A program made the translations under genes and the position numbers. A stretch of DNA of 59,181 bases from Candidatus Moraniibacteriota bacterium (GTDB taxonomy: Bacteria > Patescibacteriota > Minisyncoccia > Moranbacterales > GCA-2747515). The DNA lies in contig JAGYLL010000001.1 in NCBI GenBank assembly GCA_018401135.1, positions 1 to 59,181 on the forward strand, given 5' to 3'. Of this stretch, positions 51,596 through 59,181 are shown piece after piece; the first letter of the stretch is position 1; every line of letters starts with the position of its first letter. The notes beneath the pieces are model-generated. The model saw only the letters and a program-made list of their open reading frames with translations. It had not been told where the DNA came from and ran no database searches.

Positions 51596-52627
51596 ATGAA
51601 ACATCGTGTTGATCAATTTGAATTACTTTGGAAAAATGCTCCATCTTTTAGAAAAAAGCAATTTCTCGAGGCATTGTTTTCTGAAACATTTTTGGATTTT
51701 CAGTCAGTTTCTGTTTTTCCAAAAGAGAAAAGAGAGTCTCTAGCAGAAAATATACCTTGGATGATGTGGAAGAAAAAATATATATTTTCAGCTAAAGCGA
51801 AAGATACATACAAAGCACTTCTCGTTTCTCCTGATGACGGTGTCTCTATAGAGACTGTTTTGATGAAAAATGCTCGGGGTCATTGGACGGTATGTGTTTC
51901 TTCTCAAGTTGGATGTGCTATGAAATGTTCATTTTGTGCTACAGGAACGATGGGTTTTTCGAGAAATCTTTTTTGTGATGAAATTGTAGACCAGTATCGA
52001 TTTTGGAAACTTTTTTTGCGAGAAAAGAGTATCGAAGGAGAAATTACAAATATTGTGTATATGGGTATGGGAGAACCTCTCGCAAACTATGAAGAGGTGC
52101 GATCTTCCCTTCAGATGTTTCTTGAATATGCTGAGATAGGACTTACAAGAATAACAGTTTCTACGGTAGGAATGCTTCCTGCGCTCAACAGGCTTCTCGA
52201 AGATCCTCTTTGGCCATCTGTTCGTCTGGCAGTATCACTCCATAGCGCTGATGAGAAGACAAGAAAAAATCTTATGCCGACTTCGTATGATGGTTTTTTG
52301 GAAGATCTTTTTATGTGGGCAAAAAAATATTTTCTTTTGTATCCTGAACGTCGAAGACATCTTACTTTTGAGTATGTTGTGTTGGGAGGAGTCAATGACA
52401 CCAAAGAACATGCAGAAAAACTTGCTTTGTTTGCACAAAGACTCGGAAAGGTTCGTATCAATCTCATACCGTGGAATGCTACTGGAGGACATTTTCACTC
52501 AAGTGTAAATGTAGAAGCTTTTCAATCATATATAAAGAAACAAGGTATAGTCGTTACGATCCGTCGTGCTATGGGAGCTGATATCTCTGGTGCGTGTGGA
52601 CAGCTGGTGGTGGACAAAAAGAGCTAA
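51596..52627 (+). CDS. rlmN: radical SAM 23S rRNA/tRNA adenine-C2 methyltransferase (RlmN/Cfr family)
   Basis: CAMKCSFCATG radical-SAM cluster motif, C-terminal GACGQL; start MKHRVDQFELL with ggaagga SD (ORF opens at 51521). Confidence 0.88.
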   Translation: MKHRVDQFELLWKNAPSFRKKQFLEALFSETFLDFQSVSVFPKEKRESLAENIPWMMWKKKYIFSAKAKDTYKALLVSPDDGVSIETVLMKNARGHWTVCVSSQVGCAMKCSFCATGTMGFSRNLFCDEIVDQYRFWKLFLREKSIEGEITNIVYMGMGEPLANYEEVRSSLQMFLEYAEIGLTRITVSTVGMLPALNRLLEDPLWPSVRLAVSLHSADEKTRKNLMPTSYDGFLEDLFMWAKKYFLLYPERRRHLTFEYVVLGGVNDTKEHAEKLALFAQRLGKVRINLIPWNATGGHFHSSVNVEAFQSYIKKQGIVVTIRRAMGADISGACGQLVVDKKS

Positions 52628-52726
52628 AAAGATTGTCCAAAATGAGGAAAAATACAAAGGTATTTCACACCCACAGAAAACTTGATAAAAAATAAAAAAG
52701 AGTATACTATGTGGGAGAGAGAATCT

Positions 52727-52799
52727 GGGCCCGTAGCTTAGTTGGTAGAGCGCCTCGCTTGCACCGAGGAGGTCAGCGGTTCGAGTCCGCTCGGGTCCA
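52727..52799 (+). tRNA. tRNA-Ala (anticodon UGC)
   Basis: hand-folded cloverleaf; G3:U70 pair present; anticodon loop cuUGCac; CCA not encoded. Confidence 0.9.
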
Positions 52800-52850
52800 C
52801 ATAATGAGTTTGAAACTATGAAAAATATTTTCAAACTTCTCTTTTTATTT

Positions 52851-52924
52851 TGGGGAATAGCCAAGTGGTAAGGCAACGGGTTCTGGTCCCGTGATCGGGG
52901 GTCCGAATCCCTCTTCCCCAGCCA
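52851..52924 (+). tRNA. tRNA-Gln (anticodon CUG)
   Basis: acceptor tggggaa/ttcccca, anticodon loop uuCUGgu, T-arm ggggg-tccgaat-ccctc, encoded CCA. Confidence 0.88.
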
Positions 52925-53028
52925 CGTCGTTCGCGAACGACGTGGCCAGCAAAAAACTGGTCACGTCCTTAGGTTTCCCTATACACGTCGTTTGCCAGCG
53001 ACGTGGTAAACAAAAAACTGGTCACGTC
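52922..53028 (+). repeat. two ~60-nt tandem GC-rich units built from cacgtcg / cgacgtg palindromes
   Basis: perfect 24-nt palindrome ccacgtcgttcgcgaacgacgtgg (52922-52945) overlaps the tRNA CCA; caaaaaactggtcacgtc occurs at 52950-52967 and 53011-53028. Confidence 0.8.
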
Positions 53029-53978
53029 TCTCTATTTTCTATCATATACTCGATAATATCTCGTATAACATTTCTTGTTTGTCCGTGATGAGGATTGTAG
53101 TGAATATAGAGATCAGGCTTTCCATTTATCTCTAGAATAGAGAATGTTTCTTGATCAGGACTCTGGGAGATATCATCGCAAATAACATCTATACCTACAA
53201 GGCTTTTTCCTACCGCTTTTGATGCCAGAGCGCATATTTTTTCAATTTCTTTGTGTACTTTGGAAGTAACATTTCTTGTTTCTCCTCCTTCTGCAAGGCT
53301 GGAGCTTCTTTTTATATGAACAATGATGTCTTTGGGGATGATACTTTCCAAAGTATAGTCTTGATCAGTGATTATTTTCGTAAAAACTGTATCAAAAAGT
53401 GTTTTTTTCTCGGTTGTTTTTTGTTTTTCTTTGATAAGCTCTTGTAGGGTAGAGGCACCATTTCCCATAACATAAGGAGGTATCATTTCCAGTGCTCCGA
53501 TAACTTTTGTATCCAAGAAAAGAAGGCGATATTCTTTTCCATAGATCATTTCTTGCGCTATCATACTTCGGTAGCGAGGAAGCTCTTTTTCGATAAGAAG
53601 GAATGCTTCATCTGGATTTTTGACAAAAGGAAAAATTCCTTTGCTGTGAGATCCTTGAGCGTCTTTTATTATGATAGGGTACGATAGGGTATTGAGCTTT
53701 TGTTGAGCAATTTCTCGTTTATAGGTTTTTTTGTAGAAACATTCTGTGTGTGGAGTGGGTAAATTATGTGTCTGAAGAAGTTTGTAGGTAATATCTTTGC
53801 AACGAGTAAGTTGTCTACTCACGGAAGATTGACGTGAGAGAGAAATTTTATTTTCAATAAGAATGCGTTTTTTTCCAGGAAAATTAATATAAAAACAGCC
53901 TCTTTCGGGAATAAATTCTTCGATAGAGCCACCCATTTCGAGTACCGTTTTTTTTATAAGAGAAAGATTTTTTTGCAT
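53022..53978 (-). CDS. stand-alone ATP-grasp enzyme (RimK / cyanophycin-synthetase N-terminal-like)
   Basis: 318 aa; layout typical of ATP-grasp ligases (IIIKDAQGSHSKGI..., EMIYGKEYRLLFLD..., GIDVICDD...ILEINGKP); substrate unknown. Confidence 0.6.
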   Translation of the reverse strand: MQKNLSLIKKTVLEMGGSIEEFIPERGCFYINFPGKKRILIENKISLSRQSSVSRQLTRCKDITYKLLQTHNLPTPHTECFYKKTYKREIAQQKLNTLSYPIIIKDAQGSHSKGIFPFVKNPDEAFLLIEKELPRYRSMIAQEMIYGKEYRLLFLDTKVIGALEMIPPYVMGNGASTLQELIKEKQKTTEKKTLFDTVFTKIITDQDYTLESIIPKDIIVHIKRSSSLAEGGETRNVTSKVHKEIEKICALASKAVGKSLVGIDVICDDISQSPDQETFSILEINGKPDLYIHYNPHHGQTRNVIRDIIEYMIENRET

Positions 53979-54186
53979 ATATAAAAATGATTAAGAAATG
54001 AGATGAACTCTTTGTGACAAGTGATAGAAAATAAAAAACGGACTGTAGTAAGGAGGTTTGTCCGTAAAAGGTTTCTTTATAAGATAAAGAAAGAGGAATA
54101 CGAGGCGTTTCTTAGTAAGAATATATTACCTTTCCACTATACAACAAAAAATATCCTTTGTAAATACCTTATTCTTACATAAAACA

Positions 54187-54215
54187 TTGACTTTTTTATG
54201 AAAATGTGCTATAGT
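54187..54215 (+). promoter_or_regulatory. sigma70-like promoter
   Basis: TTGACT (54187-54192), 17 nt, TATAGT (54210-54215). Confidence 0.55.
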
Positions 54216-54297
54216 TTTTTGTTCCGTTTATTTTTGCGGAAGAGTTCGGTGAGGAAAGAAAATCTCACCGTATGTTTTACTAAAATAGAGAATTAAG

Positions 54298-54636
54298 ATG
54301 AGTAGAACAGTTCTTTGTTTGTTTTTCGCACTTTTTGCCTCGTTGGTTTTCTCCGCGGAAAACCCCACCCCAGAAGAAATGGAATTTCTTTGGAAAGAGT
54401 ATTTTCTGGAAAAAATAGCAGATACTGAGCCTTTCGAGGATAGTTACGAGATGTTTCAGTGTATGCAAGTTGATATGTCGGCTTGCGACGAACTGGGTAT
54501 CGAAACTTTTAAAGGATATATTTTCGGGACGTGTCTCGGAATATACACGAGGGATTGGAGTAAAGACCGAAAAGAAAAAGAAGTTGCCTATCGGTGTATG
54601 AAAACGATATATATACTGAAGGAGGCGGAAGAATAA
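54298..54636 (+). CDS. small secreted acidic/Cys-containing protein
   Basis: 112 aa; signal peptide MSRTVLCLFFALFASLVFSA; no family recognised. Confidence 0.55.
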   Translation: MSRTVLCLFFALFASLVFSAENPTPEEMEFLWKEYFLEKIADTEPFEDSYEMFQCMQVDMSACDELGIETFKGYIFGTCLGIYTRDWSKDRKEKEVAYRCMKTIYILKEAEE

Positions 54637-54698
54637 AGAAGAAAATACAAAAAAATGAATTTTGGATTTCCCCGAACGTTTAAGGCGTTCGGGTTTTT

Positions 54699-57600
54699 TT
54701 ATGCACCTTTTTCTTCTTCACGAAACCACATAGTATATACGACAGGAATAAAGAAAAGCATTATGGTTCCCGAAAAAACAAGTCCAGAGATGATAGCTCC
54801 GCCAAGTCCTTGCCAAAGAGGATCACTAAGCGTTATAGGAGTAAGTCCTATAATGGTGGTAAGAGAGCTGAGGAAAATAGGTTCAAGTCGACTGGCACTT
54901 GCATCGGCTATGGCCTCTGATTGTTTCATATTCATAGCAAGGTTTTGGTTTATTTTGTCCACAACGATAATAGAGTTGTTGACCACGATACCAAAAAGAG
55001 CCAAGATTCCTATAAGCGCTGGAAAGGATAGGGGTGTTCCTGTGAGGGCAAAAATGATAAACACGCCAGAAAGTGCAAGAGGAATAACGAGAAGAACGAT
55101 AAGTGCTTTTCGATACGATCCGAGGTGAATAACGAGGGTAGCAAGAATAAGAATGAAAGCCAGAAGCATAGCCTGAAGAATTGATTGAATAGACTTGGCG
55201 TTTTCTTCATTCACTCCACCTGTTTTCCATTCATAGCCAGAAGGGAAAGCAAGGCTTTTTGCAAATGATTCGAGTCGAGCTCCTATTTCTGGAGTAGCAT
55301 AGCCATCAAGAACAGATGCTGTTATCGTAAGTGATCGCTTGGCGTCTTCTCGGAGTATTTCTGAGGGATTAGATTGAAGTTCTAGTCGAGCAAATGAATA
55401 GAGAGATGCTCGGTCGTTATCTTGTGGAAGAGAGAGAATTCCCATATCCTTCGCATCGGTTATTTCAGAGGACATACGAAGGACGATATCTCGTTTTTCC
55501 TCAAGATCGTCTAGAGAAACATCTTTGGCAATTTCAAATCCGCGAGAAAAGGTTTCCAAAACGATACCTATGTCTTCAGGAGAATAGCCATTTTGCATCA
55601 AAATATCTTGATCGGGGACGAGGACAATTTTTGGCGGAGCTCCTTTGAGAGATTGCTCAATATTAGTCACACCTCCTGTTTGTTCCAAAAAGTCTGAAAG
55701 AGAATTGGCAAGTTCTTCGAGTACCTCTGTTTTCTCGCCAAGGAGCGTTATTTGAATGTCAGCACCAGCAGGAGGTCCTCCAGACACTTCCATTACAGAA
55801 ATACGTCCATTGGGATACTCGGAATAATCTTGGCGTATAGATTGAGCTATTTCCATAGAAGAAAGTTCTCTCTCGTCTTGCTCTTTTAGTATAAGCGTGA
55901 GGAGAGATGACTCTGATGAAGAAGATCCAAATGATCCATCAGCCGACATCCCTGTTGCTGTTTGTATATGAATTTCTTGTATATCTGTATTGTGTATGAG
56001 ATCTTGAGCTATTTCAATCGATTTTTCTTGTGTTTTTTGTGCGAGAATTCCTTTGGAAAGTTCTATCTGGACATAGAGAAAGTCTTGATTTTCTTTGGGG
56101 AAGAATTCATTTTTGATAAGCCCCAGAGGAAGAAGAGAGAGAGAAAAAACGAAAAGAATGATCACGAGAAAAAGTGTTTTTTTTCTTTGAGACGATTGGG
56201 TGATAATAGTAAATATAATTTTTTTGTAACGATGTGCCAGAGTATCCATACGGAAGAAACCATCAGAAAGGAGGGAAATACCCTTATTCTTCAAAAAAAT
56301 GGCAGAAGATTTTTGTCGGAACGATTGTTTGAGAGAAAGAAGTATTTTTTGAGCAATAATAAATGAAGGAAATCCAAGGAGAAGAAGTGTGAAGAAAAGA
56401 GCAATGGAAAATGGTTGTGACTGAGTAAATACCCACAAAAGACTAAGTGTTCCTAGTGATAAGAGAATAATGAGAAATACTCGAACACGTTTAGGTATGG
56501 TGGGTTTGAGGAAAAGCATCATAAAAGGAAGTATGATGAGGAGTCCTACAAAAAGAGAGCTGAGAAGCGTTGCAGAAACAACGATGGGAATTGGTTTTAT
56601 GAATTCGCCAATAATTCCTGTAGCAAGGAGAAGCGGGAAGAATGCCCATACTGTGGTAAGTGTGGTAACGACAAGGGTTGAACCGTAATCCCTCCACGTA
56701 AGAAGACCGGCTTCTTTGGGTGTAAAGCGACCTGATCGATAATAACTTGTAATAGCAGAAATGATAACGATAGTAACATCAACAAGAAGTCCAAGAGAGA
56801 GAAGAAGGGAAAAAAGAGAAAGAAAGTTAAGGGTTATAGAAAAGAGATCCATAACAAAAAGGGTTCCCAAAAAAGTAAGGGGAACGGTGAAGGAGGCTAT
56901 AACCGCCTGACGAACACCGAAGAAAAGAAGGAGGACAATGAAAACCAAAATCATAGTTACGGAGAAGTTTCTGAAAAGGGAAGAAAATTGCTCATCGATA
57001 TTGTCGGCAAGAGATGTTATAGAGTGAAGAGAAAACGTATTTTCATAGAGAGCTATTTCTTGTTCTACAAGAGACTGAACCTGTTCGTATGAAGTATCTA
57101 TACGTTCTGACTTTGATTTGTATATATCGAAGGTGACTGATCTTTGTGCTTTTTGATTTTCTTGGGATAGGTAAAAAGCCTGAACGTTTTGTGGAGTATT
57201 TCGCTCGCTTATTTCGGCTATTTCTGAGAGTTGATACGATGTACCAGAAAAAGAAACTCTTGTCTGGCGAAGTTCAGAAAGTGAAGTTGCCAAAGGATCA
57301 ATGGAAAGAGAAAAGGTGCTATTTTCCCCAGATATATTTCCTGCTGGTTTTGAGGAAAGTGCCGAGCTGAGTGTTCTTGCTAAAAGTGCTGGCTGTATCT
57401 GTAGAGTATTAAATATTTGAGGATCTATGGTTATTTGAATTTCTTGTTCTTCTTGTCCACGAAGAACGACACGATCTATAGGAGAGAGATTTTCTATTTT
57501 TTCTTTGAGGGTGTGAGAAAAACGAGCAAGAGAGGCGTCATCAGATTCAGAAACAATTGCGAATGTCCAAATGGGCTGATTTTCGAAATCAAGTTTTGAG

Positions 57601-58058
57601 ACAAAAGGTGTGGAGGCGTTTTCAGGGAGATTGGTTACGGTATCAATAGCATTTTGCACATCTTGCTTTGCTCTATCGGCATCTACCGTAGAGAGAAATT
57701 GTATCGTTATAGTAGAGCTACTCGTACTCGAAGTGGATGCAAGAATATCTATTCCTGAGAGACCTTTTACAGCATTTTCAAGCGGGATGGTGAGAAGGGA
57801 TTCTATATCATCTGGACCCGCACCAAAAAGAGTAGAAGATATAAAAATTATAGGAATTTCTACTTGAGGATTGAGAGTTCGTGGAATGTTAAAAAAAGAA
57901 AAAATACCTCCAGCAAAAAGAAGAAGGGTTACCAGAATAACGATACGAATATTGGTGAGATATTTTTTCGTAAAAGAAGAAATATCATTTTCTTTAAACG
58001 TAACCTTTTCTATGTAAGCAGAATCGGAGGAAGTTGATGCAGTATCTTTTTTTGACAT
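54699..58058 (-). CDS. RND-family efflux transporter permease (AcrB-like)
   Basis: 1119 aa; two large extracytoplasmic loops and 12 TM segments in the RND arrangement. Confidence 0.9.
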   Translation of the reverse strand: MSKKDTASTSSDSAYIEKVTFKENDISSFTKKYLTNIRIVILVTLLLFAGGIFSFFNIPRTLNPQVEIPIIFISSTLFGAGPDDIESLLTIPLENAVKGLSGIDILASTSSTSSSTITIQFLSTVDADRAKQDVQNAIDTVTNLPENASTPFVSKLDFENQPIWTFAIVSESDDASLARFSHTLKEKIENLSPIDRVVLRGQEEQEIQITIDPQIFNTLQIQPALLARTLSSALSSKPAGNISGENSTFSLSIDPLATSLSELRQTRVSFSGTSYQLSEIAEISERNTPQNVQAFYLSQENQKAQRSVTFDIYKSKSERIDTSYEQVQSLVEQEIALYENTFSLHSITSLADNIDEQFSSLFRNFSVTMILVFIVLLLFFGVRQAVIASFTVPLTFLGTLFVMDLFSITLNFLSLFSLLLSLGLLVDVTIVIISAITSYYRSGRFTPKEAGLLTWRDYGSTLVVTTLTTVWAFFPLLLATGIIGEFIKPIPIVVSATLLSSLFVGLLIILPFMMLFLKPTIPKRVRVFLIILLSLGTLSLLWVFTQSQPFSIALFFTLLLLGFPSFIIAQKILLSLKQSFRQKSSAIFLKNKGISLLSDGFFRMDTLAHRYKKIIFTIITQSSQRKKTLFLVIILFVFSLSLLPLGLIKNEFFPKENQDFLYVQIELSKGILAQKTQEKSIEIAQDLIHNTDIQEIHIQTATGMSADGSFGSSSSESSLLTLILKEQDERELSSMEIAQSIRQDYSEYPNGRISVMEVSGGPPAGADIQITLLGEKTEVLEELANSLSDFLEQTGGVTNIEQSLKGAPPKIVLVPDQDILMQNGYSPEDIGIVLETFSRGFEIAKDVSLDDLEEKRDIVLRMSSEITDAKDMGILSLPQDNDRASLYSFARLELQSNPSEILREDAKRSLTITASVLDGYATPEIGARLESFAKSLAFPSGYEWKTGGVNEENAKSIQSILQAMLLAFILILATLVIHLGSYRKALIVLLVIPLALSGVFIIFALTGTPLSFPALIGILALFGIVVNNSIIVVDKINQNLAMNMKQSEAIADASASRLEPIFLSSLTTIIGLTPITLSDPLWQGLGGAIISGLVFSGTIMLFFIPVVYTMWFREEEKGA

Positions 58059-58069
58059 AAAAGTAAAAG

Positions 58070-59181
58070 CTATTCTTGAGAAGACTTTTCTCTGAGAGGG
58101 TCACCATCGATAACATTTCTCTCGAGTATAATTTTCATATTTTCATCTATTCCTTCTTGTACTACGACATAATTTCCAAGAACTTCTCCTGTTTGTATGA
58201 TGCGTGCTCGAGCTATGCCTTGGTCATCGATAAAAATAAATGCCTCATCTTGTGTTATATGAACAGCGTCAATGGGTATGAGGGGGAGAAACGTATCACC
58301 CGATATATTTTCCAGAGGGAGAATGATAGTAATGAATTCTTTGTTGGTGACGGTATCTCTCAAAGAATCAGGTAATTCGAAAAGAAGAGAAATATTGGCA
58401 TTGTTGGTAGAAACGTGTGAAAGAGAGCGAAGGGTTATAGGAACTATACCATTTTCGGTTTGTGCAAAAAATGTTTCTTCTACATTTATGCGAGAAGCAA
58501 TTCTCTTTGGAAGAAGTGCTGTGGCAGTAAGTTTTCCTGTTCCACTTACCGTTACCAGAGGTGTTCCCATAGTGACGGTATCACCAGCACGAACGTGAAA
58601 TTTCTCTACCGTTCCAGCAAGGGGAGAGAGAGGAAAAAATCGCAATTCGTTTATTTTGGCTTGTTCTGTTTGAAGACGAGAAAGATCTCTTTCAAGGAGA
58701 ATGGCTTCTTCTTGAATTTTGTATTGAGCTCGAGTTATTTTGTCTTCATCGCGAGATGTTTGAGGAGTAAATTCTTCTCTTTGTGTTTGGGGAATACTTG
58801 TTTGACGATCGAAATTTTCTTCTTGGAATTGTTGCGATCTCTCGGTAATTTCTTTGGTAAGAGTTGCAGAGTTTGAACCAAGAGCATTTTCAGAAAGGGT
58901 AAGGAGTGGAGAGCCTTTGGAAACAGAAGCTCCTTCAGAAGTTCGTAGGGTATACACAATACCAGATGTTTGTGATACTATAGTGATAACTCCTTCGTCA
59001 TGAATCATTCCTGAAATTTTGAAAGAAGGTGTTTCGGTAAAAGAGAAAAAAGAAACTTCTTTTGCTGGAGGTGTTGTGACATTTTCTTCTCCTTGTGAGA
59101 GACCTTTTCTATTCCCTATGAGGATGAGAACAAAAAGAATTGCGAGAAAAAAGAAAAAAAGAAAAAAGGGACGTTTCTTGA
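58070..59181 (-). CDS. RND efflux periplasmic adaptor (HlyD/MFP family), 5' end beyond window
   Basis: the reading frame stays open upstream of Met-59008 to the window edge (..KKRPFFLFFFFLAILFVLILIGN.. TM anchor); coiled-coil + beta-barrel pattern; 11 nt upstream of the RND gene. Confidence 0.8.
   Translation of the reverse strand, partial: KKRPFFLFFFFLAILFVLILIGNRKGLSQGEENVTTPPAKEVSFFSFTETPSFKISGMIHDEGVITIVSQTSGIVYTLRTSEGASVSKGSPLLTLSENALGSNSATLTKEITERSQQFQEENFDRQTSIPQTQREEFTPQTSRDEDKITRAQYKIQEEAILLERDLSRLQTEQAKINELRFFPLSPLAGTVEKFHVRAGDTVTMGTPLVTVSGTGKLTATALLPKRIASRINVEETFFAQTENGIVPITLRSLSHVSTNNANISLLFELPDSLRDTVTNKEFITIILPLENISGDTFLPLIPIDAVHITQDEAFIFIDDQGIARARIIQTGEVLGNYVVVQEGIDENMKIILERNVIDGDPLREKSSQE

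Noticed and set aside
52922-53030. Possible CRISPR array (repeated GC-rich palindromic units)
   Set aside because: There are only two diverged units with no regular repeat-spacer periodicity and no cas genes in the window.
54655-55128. 157-aa + strand ORF, and other + strand ORFs (55394-55648, 55962-56366, 56470-56688, 57146-57867) inside the RND gene
   Set aside because: They are antisense to a 1119-aa ORF with clear RND architecture, and have no independent signals.

Overview
59.2-kb chromosomal window from an AT-rich, small-genome bacterium using the standard genetic code (TGA is a stop, e.g. at folA). The gene content, and an S10-spc ribosomal cluster with no rpmD (L30), suggest a Patescibacteria/CPR-type organism; this is inference. 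Backbone genes: LysM protein, greA, lysS, AlkD-like repair protein, envelope polysaccharide genes (Wzz-like, O-antigen-ligase-like, GT4, WecG/TagA), htpX, ligA, gltX, folA, gatB (frame-broken), an ABC ATPase, an AI-2E permease (frame-broken), lgt, tuf plus 21 ribosomal protein genes plus secY-adk-map, ruvX, a Pif1-like helicase, a complete F1Fo ATP synthase operon, rlmN, three tRNAs (Lys-UUU, Ala-UGC, Gln-CUG), an ATP-grasp enzyme and an RND efflux pair that runs off the right edge. Unusual content: (i) a sharply bounded GC-rich island (5265-8576) with foreign codon usage, whose recognisable envelope-protein signals (lipobox, LysM, TM + Cys-rich domain) are split across reading frames; (ii) a 0.63-kb GC-enriched cassette at the ligA start, flanked by a duplicated ligA 5' end; (iii) a perfect 63-bp duplication of the tRNA-Lys 3' end around a GC-rich remnant; (iv) a palindromic tandem repeat fused to the CCA end of tRNA-Gln; (v) an IS481-like element next to a multiply frameshifted FtsX/MacB permease; (vi) a promoter / SD / 41-aa Trp-Cys-rich ORF / strong terminator unit directly abutting rlmN. 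I found no rRNA, CRISPR array or recognisable defence genes. All GC values are hand counts of single 60-nt lines. Nothing was searched against databases.
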